Positions 36,929 to 44,810 of a DNA stretch of 44,810 nt are shown here, piece by piece. The translations under genes were made by a program, and so were the position numbers. The DNA is taken from positions 1 to 44,810 of the forward strand of contig CANOHX010000001.1 of NCBI GenBank assembly GCA_947565885.1. The letters run 5' to 3'. Under the pieces are notes generated by a model that worked only from the letters and a program-made list of their open reading frames with translations, made no database searches and was not told the DNA's origin. The DNA comes from an uncultured Lachnospiraceae bacterium. GTDB lineage: Bacteria; Bacillota; Clostridia; Lachnospirales; Lachnospiraceae. Position 1 is the first letter of the stretch. Each line of letters starts with the position of its first letter.

Positions 36929-38434
36929 ATGAAAAGAAAATCAAAAAAAACAACAGAAAACTGGAATCTCCTTCTGAAAAAGTATAGCGCAGATATTTTA
37001 TTTTTTGGCATCACTATTTTCGTTCCGCTATATATGGAACAGGGATACCTGAATCTTACACAGGCAAAAGCACATGGTCTGTATATGACAACTTTACCGG
37101 CTATAATTCTCTTCATCATTTCCTGGTTCTGCACAAAAAAAGACCTGCATGACAAAAACAGCCCCTCAAAAGAAGCTGCTGCAATCAGGTTTTCCAAGTT
37201 TAACGGTTTAGACGTCATATTGCTTAGTTTTGCGCTGATTTTGTCTGTCTCTGCTCTGTTTTCGCAAAATATAGCAGATGCTTTCTGGGGAACTGCCGGC
37301 TGGTATGTGGGTGCTTCCACCATGCTTGCGCTGACATTGATATACTTTATCGTATCCAGGCATTGCCGGCTGACAGCAAATTCATGGCTGTTTGTGTTAG
37401 CAGCAAATATATTTATCTTCCTGCTGACTGTCATTCATTCTCTGGGCATCGACATTTTGGGGCTTCACGCCAATATCGATCCCAAACAGTTCTATATCTA
37501 TAGCTCTACAACAGGGAACGTCAACTGGCTGTCCGGTTATCTGTGCCTCGTGCTTCCAGCATTTTTCGTATTTTTTATGCTGTCAACAGAGCGGGTATCC
37601 ACAATCTTATACGGCGTCGCCTTAATCTTTGGCATCACCAACGTTCTGCTCTGTGCCAGTGAGAGCGTTTTTATCGGCCTATACGTCTGCGCATTTTATG
37701 CACTGCCCTTTACCTTAAGGGAAAGCAAGCGCATAAAACGGCTGGGAACATTGGTCTTAGGCTTTGGCATATGTTCGCTGCTGATTGGAACGCTCCCTGC
37801 ATTTGCCGGGAAACGAAAAATAGCAACTGGGATTTTCTCCCTTTTCCTGGACTGGAAAGCAGCGCTTATTCTCTGTCTGCTCGGCTGTCTGTGCTGCTTC
37901 GCACTGCCCCTTTTATGGGAAAAAATATCGGCGCAGGTGCGCCGGGGAATTGTAATCCTTTTAGAAACAGTTATGTTCCTCTCCATGGCAGTACTGATAT
38001 TCAGCTTCCTGCAGTCTTATGATGCCAGTTGGGGGAATTACCGCGGAAAGATTTGGAATGCCTCTTTCGATTTATTCCAAAATTTCGGTTTAAAGGATAA
38101 GATGATTGGCGTAGGTCCTGAAATGCTGGGTTATTATTATAATGGGCTGACCTCATATTCCTTAGTCGTGCTCACGGCACATAATGAATTGCTGCAATGG
38201 CTGCTGGCTACAGGCATACTAGGGGCAATCCTATGGTCCTCTGTTTTCCTGTGGCTGGTAATTTCTTACTTCCGCTCCCGCTGCTGGGAACAGGGGGGGA
38301 TTGCATTCTTCCTGCCTCTGATGGCATATCTGGGGCAGTCAATGGTAAACAGCCCTAACGCCATGAATATCGCCTTATTCTATCTATTCCTGGCTCTGTA
38401 CCGCAATGCTATCTGCAAGCGGCAGAGAGCATAA
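36929..38434 (+). CDS. O-antigen ligase (Wzy_C/WaaL-like) family polytopic membrane protein
   Basis: About 12 TM segments, STTGNVNW, R..IW, GVGP and AHNELLQWLLATGILG motifs. ATG at 36929 follows AAAGGT. Confidence 0.82.
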   Translation: MKRKSKKTTENWNLLLKKYSADILFFGITIFVPLYMEQGYLNLTQAKAHGLYMTTLPAIILFIISWFCTKKDLHDKNSPSKEAAAIRFSKFNGLDVILLSFALILSVSALFSQNIADAFWGTAGWYVGASTMLALTLIYFIVSRHCRLTANSWLFVLAANIFIFLLTVIHSLGIDILGLHANIDPKQFYIYSSTTGNVNWLSGYLCLVLPAFFVFFMLSTERVSTILYGVALIFGITNVLLCASESVFIGLYVCAFYALPFTLRESKRIKRLGTLVLGFGICSLLIGTLPAFAGKRKIATGIFSLFLDWKAALILCLLGCLCCFALPLLWEKISAQVRRGIVILLETVMFLSMAVLIFSFLQSYDASWGNYRGKIWNASFDLFQNFGLKDKMIGVGPEMLGYYYNGLTSYSLVVLTAHNELLQWLLATGILGAILWSSVFLWLVISYFRSRCWEQGGIAFFLPLMAYLGQSMVNSPNAMNIALFYLFLALYRNAICKRQRA

Positions 38435-38441
38435 ATTCTGC

Positions 38442-38489
38442 AGAAGCCAAATACCCCGCAGCAAGCTGACGGAATATTTGGCTTCTTTT
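38442..38489. terminator. bidirectional terminator between convergent genes
   Basis: AGAAGCCAAATA..TATTTGGCTTCTTTT stem. Confidence 0.65.
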
Positions 38490-38506
38490 GGCTCTGCCCA
38501 GGCTGC

Positions 38507-39157
38507 CTACCGCAGACGGCTGCATTCATACCTCTGCTTGGTACGCAGACATGCTTTCAATTCCTCGTAACGCAAATCAAGCGGTCCCTCCTCAACGACA
38601 ACATCCATTACTACCGCCATGCTGTTTATCATGCGGTCCGTGACATCATCCCGCATATCGACAAGAATCGAGTATTTCTCTTCGATAGTATCGGCATCAA
38701 AGAATGCCAACAGCTTCTCTTCCGCAGTCAGCGGCGGCTTGGCTGGCTCTGTCCTTAGCGGCTCTTGCTCTGCCGGCTCCGCTTGGTCTGTTTCTTTTTG
38801 TTCCGCTGTTTCCTCTTTGGCTGTTTCTCTCCGCTCCGCTGCTTCCTCTTTGGCTGTTTCTCTGCGCTCCGCTGTTTCCTCTTTGGCTATTTCTTTCTGC
38901 TCCGACGGCTCCGCAGTCTTTTTAAATTCTACCCACTGGAAACGGTATTTCTGTTTCACCTGCGGATATTTCTCCTTATCCACAGGGCTGACAAACATGG
39001 CAAGCGGTCTTGCATAAGTCTCAAACGTCCCATACAATGCCTGATAAATGACCATCTTCTCTCCCGTCTCTGAATGCTGCGCGATAGTCAGAACCTGATA
39101 CAGCTTATTCTTAAAATGCAAATATTTTTCTCCCGCTCTGGGGTCTCCCTGTGGCAT
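38507..39157 (-). CDS. DUF1653 family protein
   Basis: Start MPQGDP after GAGG; YLHFKNKLYQV, HSETGEKMVIYQALYG and ARPLAMF..VDKEKYP...QKYRF. Confidence 0.85.
   Translation of the reverse strand: MPQGDPRAGEKYLHFKNKLYQVLTIAQHSETGEKMVIYQALYGTFETYARPLAMFVSPVDKEKYPQVKQKYRFQWVEFKKTAEPSEQKEIAKEETAERRETAKEEAAERRETAKEETAEQKETDQAEPAEQEPLRTEPAKPPLTAEEKLLAFFDADTIEEKYSILVDMRDDVTDRMINSMAVVMDVVVEEGPLDLRYEELKACLRTKQRYECSRLR
38802..38900 (-). repeat. 33-bp coding tandem repeat (3 copies)
   Basis: AKEE(T/A)AERRET units. Confidence 0.85.
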
Positions 39158-39268
39158 ATGTTTTCCTCTTTTCTTACAATAATTTCCATAACTATACAGA
39201 CCCTCATGGCACAGACATGGCAGCAATGCTGCCATCCGCACAATATCTGCGGCATTTTTCGCTGTTGC

Positions 39269-39916
39269 TTACAGGCGCCTGACAAGCTTCTCAATATCGA
39301 CTTTCTCTCCAATTACCATCAGATGCTCGTCGGCGTTAAACACGTAATCTGCATTTGGCAGCAATGTGCTCTTGCCTTCTCTCTTAATCCCCAGGATATT
39401 GGCATTATACCTTGCCCGGAAATTTGTCTCCTTAATGGATTTTCCCACCCATTCTTCTAACGGCTGAATTTCGTATATTGAATAATCGCCCATTTCCATA
39501 TAATCATACACATGGTTGGCGCTGACTTTCATGGCAATCCGTTTGGCTATGTCACGGTCTGGGTAGACCACCTCGTCTGCACCGTTCCTGAGCAGGAATT
39601 TCGCCTGGATATCCCTGGTTGCCTTGCTGATTACATACGGTGCGCCCAGTTCTTTGAGCTGGCTGGTAATCTCCAGGCTGCTCTGGAAGTTTGTGCCAAT
39701 ACACACAAAACAAATGTCAAAATTCCTGACGCCGAAGCTGCGTAGCACTTCCTCACGGGTACAGTCTGCAATCTTGGCGCTAGTAACCAGAGATAAGATA
39801 TCCTCGAGATTCTCCTCCCTCTCATCCACCGCCATAACATCATTTCCATTTTTCACCAAATCCATGCATAGATGCTTGCCAAATCTTCCAATTCCAATAA
39901 CTAATATTGATTTCAT
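39269..39916 (-). CDS. ktrA: KtrA/TrkA family K+ uptake regulatory subunit
   Basis: VIGIGRFG Rossmann motif, GADEVVYPD and a C-terminal RCK_C domain. Confidence 0.88.
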   Translation of the reverse strand: MKSILVIGIGRFGKHLCMDLVKNGNDVMAVDEREENLEDILSLVTSAKIADCTREEVLRSFGVRNFDICFVCIGTNFQSSLEITSQLKELGAPYVISKATRDIQAKFLLRNGADEVVYPDRDIAKRIAMKVSANHVYDYMEMGDYSIYEIQPLEEWVGKSIKETNFRARYNANILGIKREGKSTLLPNADYVFNADEHLMVIGEKVDIEKLVRRL

Positions 39917-40018
39917 AATCTGTTCCTCCTAATTAGCGGTAACGGCACGCGCCGCTTCGCGTCTCCTGCCAGTTCGGCGCAAAGCATTTAAAAAAAGCTT
40001 CGCTTTTGCTTTGCGCCT

Positions 40019-41350
40019 CTACCCAATCGTGATTCGTTCTATGGGCAGTTTCACTGTTGCATTATGTCTCTTCTCCGTAAATGACAGGGCAAAAGACATG
40101 CTGCCAATCCTTCCGCAGTACATAAGGAATATCAGCATATATTTCGAGAAGACTGTAATGTCCCGCGTAATCCCGGTGGATATCCCTACAGTTCCGATAG
40201 CGGAAAATACCTCCATCAATATATCCGATAGCGGAAGTTCCCTCTCCACGCCCGCCATCAGCAAACTGCAGGCTGCCGCCAGCAAAAGGTTGATGAAGAA
40301 TACCGTCGCCGCTTTCTTGATGCAATCCTCATCCATCCTCCTGCCAAAAATATTGAGTCCGCTCTGGTTGCGCAGCGTAGACCACACATACAGGAGGATT
40401 ACCATCATGGTAGTCGTCTTGATTCCTCCGGCAGTGGAACCTGGGCTTCCCCCGATAAACATCAGTACCACCGTCAGCAATCTGCTTCCTTCCGAGTATG
40501 CGCCGGTATCAATGGTATTGAAACCAGCCGTCCTGGGAGTCACGGCGCCAAATATCGATGCCAGAATCTGCCCTTTCGCATCATACGCTGCCAGATTCTC
40601 ACGTTCAAAAAAGTAAAAGCAGACACTGCCTGCCACAATCAGCGCCAACGTCATTACCAGCACAATTTTGGTGTGCAGCATATATTTTTTAATATTCCAT
40701 TTCTGTTTGGAAATATCATCCCATACAATAAATCCGATTCCGCCGATGATAATCAAGGCCATAATCACCAAATTTACCAGCACATCGTCATAATACAAGG
40801 TCAGGGAGCCGTATGGCTCAAACTTCCCCATCAGGTCAAATCCTGCGTTGCAGAATGCCGATATGGAGTGGAAAATGCCATACCATATTCCCTCCGCAAT
40901 GCCAAACTGTGGGATGAAGCGAATCATCAGAAGCAATGCTCCAACCCCCTCAAAAACAAACGCATAGCGCACAATCTTCAGTACCAGGCGCACCGTGCCG
41001 CCAATCTGCAGCGTATTCATGCTTTCCTGAATCAAGTTGCGCTCTTTCAGCCCGATGCGCCGTTTGAGGAAAATGGAAAAACATACACCGATGGTAATAA
41101 ATCCCAGCCCGCCAATCTGAATCAGCACCAAGATTACCGCCTGTCCAAAGATACTCCAGCTGGTATATGTGTCTGCCACCACCAGCCCCGTCACGCAAGT
41201 GCTGCTGGTCGCCGTAAAGAACGCATTGAGGAACCCGCTGCACGCACCGCTCTTTGACGCGATGGGAAGCATCAAAAGCGCTGTCCCCACCGCAATAATC
41301 ATTAAAAATCCCAGGGCAATGGTCTGCACCCTGCTCAGTCTCTGTATCAT
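40019..41350 (-). CDS. ktrB: KtrB/TrkH family K+ uptake membrane subunit
   Basis: TCVTGL, SAFCNAGF, PRTAGF, PGSTAGGIKTTT and SAIGTVG pore motifs. ATG at 41350 follows GAGGAG. Confidence 0.9.
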   Translation of the reverse strand: MIQRLSRVQTIALGFLMIIAVGTALLMLPIASKSGACSGFLNAFFTATSSTCVTGLVVADTYTSWSIFGQAVILVLIQIGGLGFITIGVCFSIFLKRRIGLKERNLIQESMNTLQIGGTVRLVLKIVRYAFVFEGVGALLLMIRFIPQFGIAEGIWYGIFHSISAFCNAGFDLMGKFEPYGSLTLYYDDVLVNLVIMALIIIGGIGFIVWDDISKQKWNIKKYMLHTKIVLVMTLALIVAGSVCFYFFERENLAAYDAKGQILASIFGAVTPRTAGFNTIDTGAYSEGSRLLTVVLMFIGGSPGSTAGGIKTTTMMVILLYVWSTLRNQSGLNIFGRRMDEDCIKKAATVFFINLLLAAACSLLMAGVERELPLSDILMEVFSAIGTVGISTGITRDITVFSKYMLIFLMYCGRIGSMSFALSFTEKRHNATVKLPIERITIG

Positions 41351-41362
41351 GATCTCTCCTCT

Positions 41363-41408
41363 AAAAAAGGAGCATTCCGTGACCCGCAAGGACCACAAAA
41401 CACTCCTT
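41363..41408 (-). terminator. intrinsic terminator after the cheA-cheW-MCP cluster
   Basis: Minus strand AAGGAGTGTTTTGTGGTCC-TTGC-GGGTCACGGAATGCTCC-TTTTTT. Confidence 0.7.
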
Positions 41409-41420
41409 CGTGCTTAATGC

Positions 41421-42764
41421 TTAGTATTTGCCAAATTCACCATCCAGGGAAATGATACGCTCATTTTCTTCTGATTTATCGACTGATGTACTCTGGATTG
41501 GAGCCACACTGGAGTTGTTGCCACCTTTAAGTTTGTACTGTCCAATCATCGTACGCAGCGACATTGCCTGGTTGGATAACTGCTCGCTGGCAGCTGCACA
41601 CTCTTCACTGGTTGCAGAGTTAGTCTGAACAACCTGGGATACCTGGCTGATTGCCTGGTCAATCTGGCTGACTGCCGTTGCCTGGTCATTCGATGCCACT
41701 GCGATGCTGTTAATCAGAGAAACAATATTGTCTACTTCTCCGAGAATTTCTGTCAGGGAAGCTGCTGTTCCCTCTGCAAGCTTGGAACCATGTTCTACTT
41801 TCTTGATAGAGTCTTCAATCATCTCCGCTGTCTCACTGGCTGCAGATGCACTCTTGCCGGCAAGGTTCCTTACCTCCTCTGCTACAACTGCAAATCCTTT
41901 TCCATGAACGCCTGCCCTTGCCGCCTCTACAGCTGCATTCAAGGCCAGGATATTGGTCTGGAATGCGATGTCATCAATTACTTTTATAATCTTGGAGATA
42001 TTCTCAGAAGACTCGTTAATCTCTGTCATCGCGCCAATCATGTCTTTCATATGGCCATCGCTCTGCATAGCCTCATTCTTCATGCTGTGAACGGATTCAT
42101 TTGCCTGATTTGCTTCTTCTGCGTTGCGCTTGGTGCGCTCTGCAATCTCTGTGATGGAAGCTGTTACTTCTTCAATTGCGCTGGCCTGCTGTGTGGAACC
42201 CTGTGCCAATGCCTGGCTGGCATCAGATACCTGCTCTGCACCCATGGAAAGCTGAATGGAAGAATCCCGGATTCCCGTAAGCATCTGGTTGTTCTCCTTG
42301 AAAATGCTGTCAAATGCATTGCCCAAAACATCCTGATCGCCTTTGATTTTTACGTCCACATCAAGATTACCCTGTGAGAGATGGTTGGCAATCTCCGCCT
42401 GATACTTAATAGTATCTACAATTTTCTTAAAATCATCTACCAATTCTCCAAATTCATCATTACGGAACTTTTCTAACTGAACATCTACCTTACCATCTGC
42501 AATCTCCATGGCTGCAACGCTCAGCATTTTCATGTTCCTTTGTACATCTTTGAGCAGTGAAGCCGCCATAATAAGTGTCAGGATAATGGCAACGAAAACC
42601 AAACCACACATAAAAAATTCTGCGTTTTGCACATAAGTTTCGGAAACATTCTTCTTCCTAACTGTGGTCAATGTATTGATGCCAGCAAATGCAACCAGCC
42701 CCGTCAAAAATATTACAATTGCAAAACAGCTAATCAGCCGTGTTTTAAACTTCGTATTTTTCAT
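41421..42764 (-). CDS. methyl-accepting chemotaxis protein with a very short extracellular loop
   Basis: Two closely spaced TMs, HAMP domains and [32 protein letters not shown]. Confidence 0.92.
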   Translation of the reverse strand: MKNTKFKTRLISCFAIVIFLTGLVAFAGINTLTTVRKKNVSETYVQNAEFFMCGLVFVAIILTLIMAASLLKDVQRNMKMLSVAAMEIADGKVDVQLEKFRNDEFGELVDDFKKIVDTIKYQAEIANHLSQGNLDVDVKIKGDQDVLGNAFDSIFKENNQMLTGIRDSSIQLSMGAEQVSDASQALAQGSTQQASAIEEVTASITEIAERTKRNAEEANQANESVHSMKNEAMQSDGHMKDMIGAMTEINESSENISKIIKVIDDIAFQTNILALNAAVEAARAGVHGKGFAVVAEEVRNLAGKSASAASETAEMIEDSIKKVEHGSKLAEGTAASLTEILGEVDNIVSLINSIAVASNDQATAVSQIDQAISQVSQVVQTNSATSEECAAASEQLSNQAMSLRTMIGQYKLKGGNNSSVAPIQSTSVDKSEENERIISLDGEFGKY

Positions 42765-42785
42765 TTTCTCTCTTCTCCTTTACCT

Positions 42786-43316
42786 TTATGCCTCTGCAAT
42801 TTCGCCTGCGGGGGCAGCATCTTCAAACGTCTCCACATCCTCATCCCGGATTAACTTCTCCGGGTTCAGCAACAGCTTCACTTCATTATCCACCCTCGCA
42901 AGCCCAAATACATACTTGCTGTTTGCGGCAGTGGACTGTGACAAGGATGGCGGAAGAATAATTTCTTTCTCATCAACGGTAATAACTCCCGCAATCTCAT
43001 CTACAATCAGCCCTACGACTGTCGACTTCACGCCAGTTACTATAATGCAGGTTCGGTCTGTGTACTCACGAGGAGCCTGTTTCAGCCGCACTCTGACATC
43101 AATGACCGGAATAATCTTTCCTCGGATATTAATCAGTCCCCGAATATAATCTTCTGTCTCCGGGACTGCCGTTATGGATTGAATTCCCACAATTTCCTGC
43201 ACGTATGTAATGGCGATACCGTAACATTCATCTGCAATCTGGAATGTCATGAACATGCCTTTCTGGGTATCCTCCCTGCCGTCCAAATCATCCATCAAAT
43301 CCAATTCTTCTGACAT
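42786..43316 (-). CDS. cheW: chemotaxis coupling protein CheW
   Basis: YGIAI..VQEIV, GLINIRGKIIPVID and GLIVD motifs. Confidence 0.93.
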   Translation of the reverse strand: MSEELDLMDDLDGREDTQKGMFMTFQIADECYGIAITYVQEIVGIQSITAVPETEDYIRGLINIRGKIIPVIDVRVRLKQAPREYTDRTCIIVTGVKSTVVGLIVDEIAGVITVDEKEIILPPSLSQSTAANSKYVFGLARVDNEVKLLLNPEKLIRDEDVETFEDAAPAGEIAEA

Positions 43317-43319
43317 ATC

Positions 43320-44810
43320 CTACTTTTTCTCCTCTCCGGCAATCAAGCCTGCAATATCGAGAATCAATGCAATGCTTCCATCTCCAAGCTGCGTACAGCC
43401 GGATAACCCCTGAACCTTCTTGATGTAAGAAGGAATTGGTTTTACCACGATTTCCTGTTCCGCAATCAGCTGGTCAATGAATACGCAGACATTCTTGTTC
43501 TCATGCTCTAATACCACTACGATACCATCCTCAATCTCCGCTTTGGAATCATCCAGATGATAACGGCGGTTCAGACGAATAAAGGGGTAACATTCTTCAC
43601 GGAGCATAATGTACTCTTCTCCGTCTGGCTCCTTCACCAGCATATCCTTGGTGACCCTGACGAATTCCTTGATATCATTGGTCTCCACAACAAACGTAGA
43701 GTTGCCAACCTGCATGACAATACCATTGATGATTGCCAGTGTCAACGGAATCTTCATCGTCATCTCGCTTCCGCCGCCCTCAACGCTGTCAATCTCCAGA
43801 TTACCGCCCACAGCCTGAATATTCTTAACCACAACGTCCATACCTACGCCGCGGCCCGAATATTCCGTAACCTGTTCTTTCGTGGAAAATCCGGCAAATG
43901 TGATAAACTGATAAATCTCTTTCTCGGTAAACTCTGACATAGCACGGTTGCCAATCAGCCCATTATTTCTCGCTTTCTCATACAATTTCTGCTTGTTCAG
44001 GCCCTTACCGTCGTCCCGGACAATAATATATACCTTGCCGCCTTCATTCTTCGCCTCCAGGGTAATTTTCCCTTTGGGATTCTTCCCTGCCGCGAGTCGT
44101 TCTTCTTTGGACTCGATTCCGTGGTCTACGGAATTACGCACCAAATGCATCAACGGGTCGGATATATGCTCAATAATGTTCTTATCTACTTCCGTATTCT
44201 CTCCAATAACCTCAAGTTCAATATCCTTGCCCAGCTTCCTGGACACATCGAACACGATACGGTTCATCTTCTGGAACGTATTCGTCAGAGGCATCATACG
44301 CATGGACATGATAACGTCCTGCAGTTCTGTGGTAATCTTGGAAAGCTGGCTGGCTGACTTCTGGAAATTGGAAAGTTCCAGGCCCGGCACTTTCAGGTCC
44401 GGGTTCTGCAGCACTGTCGCCTCAGAGATTACAAGTTCGCCAATCATATCCATCAGTGAATCAAGCTTATCTACATTCACGCTGATATAAGTCTGCTTGG
44501 GCTGCTGTTTAGGCTGGTTTTTCACCAGCTTCTTGCTCTTGCCGGCCTCCTTGCCCTTTATGACATAGTCGCCAGGCGCCGGCTCTTTTTTCTCCGGCTT
44601 CTTCTCCGGCTCTTTTTCCTTGTCATCCAGTTCAATGACAATCGGATGCTCCTCCGGCTCATGGAAGCCCATCTCAAACTCCTGCTTCGTGCAGTCGTTA
44701 ATCTCCACGCGTTCCATGCCGGACGTCTCACCGATAGCGGCTTTCACTTCCTCTTTGGAACACTGGCACTGTACCAACATATGGAATCCATCTTCCAGGA
44801 TTACATCGCT
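43320..44810 (-). CDS. cheA: chemotaxis histidine kinase CheA (5' part beyond the window)
   Basis: KLDSLMDMIGELVI, HLVRNSVDHGIE, DDGKG, GFST, SGRGVGMDVV and a C-terminal CheW-like domain. The frame stays open to the right edge. Confidence 0.95.
   Translation of the reverse strand, partial: SDVILEDGFHMLVQCQCSKEEVKAAIGETSGMERVEINDCTKQEFEMGFHEPEEHPIVIELDDKEKEPEKKPEKKEPAPGDYVIKGKEAGKSKKLVKNQPKQQPKQTYISVNVDKLDSLMDMIGELVISEATVLQNPDLKVPGLELSNFQKSASQLSKITTELQDVIMSMRMMPLTNTFQKMNRIVFDVSRKLGKDIELEVIGENTEVDKNIIEHISDPLMHLVRNSVDHGIESKEERLAAGKNPKGKITLEAKNEGGKVYIIVRDDGKGLNKQKLYEKARNNGLIGNRAMSEFTEKEIYQFITFAGFSTKEQVTEYSGRGVGMDVVVKNIQAVGGNLEIDSVEGGGSEMTMKIPLTLAIINGIVMQVGNSTFVVETNDIKEFVRVTKDMLVKEPDGEEYIMLREECYPFIRLNRRYHLDDSKAEIEDGIVVVLEHENKNVCVFIDQLIAEQEIVVKPIPSYIKKVQGLSGCTQLGDGSIALILDIAGLIAGEEKK

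Noticed and set aside
39936-39980. Integron attC site
   Set aside because: AAC..GTT ends are present, but the R boxes do not fit RYYYAAC/GTTRRRY, there is no integrase and the flanking genes are housekeeping.
41351-41420. c-di-AMP (ydaO) riboswitch upstream of the ktr genes
   Set aside because: The interval is only 70 nt, is filled by one terminator hairpin and lacks the ydaO motifs.

Overview
Chromosomal window from a low-GC Gram-positive anaerobe. Gene content, RBS and promoter style suggest Lachnospiraceae/Clostridia (inference). The housekeeping backbone is pta, an MCP, a LysM-GH18 spore hydrolase, an M29-like aminopeptidase, two small membrane proteins, VanZ, pyrE, pyrD-pyrK-pyrF-pyrC, DUF1653, ktrA/ktrB-type K+ uptake genes and MCP-cheW-cheA. 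A ~20 kb accessory block separates pyrE from pyrD. It holds two very large secreted glycoside hydrolases (CBM-GH43-CBM6 and LamG-GH127/146), an unannotated 40-aa ORF with its own promoter, a rubredoxin-fused glutamate-synthase FMN domain, a membrane Ser/Thr kinase with an external LRR domain plus an HTH partner, and two tandem AAA-ATPase/PD-(D/E)XK genes that share an apparently identical 1,008 bp 3' block but differ in the middle. A second insert pairs an Ig-repeat surface protein with an O-antigen-ligase-like protein. The non-coding DNA is unusually structured: a ~200 nt multi-hairpin element present twice, a 27-bp palindrome present three times, a MITE-like inverted repeat, and 33-39 bp tandem duplications at the 3' ends of four genes. 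No rRNA, tRNA, CRISPR array, transposase or integrase was seen. All family calls come from motif recognition by eye, not database searches.
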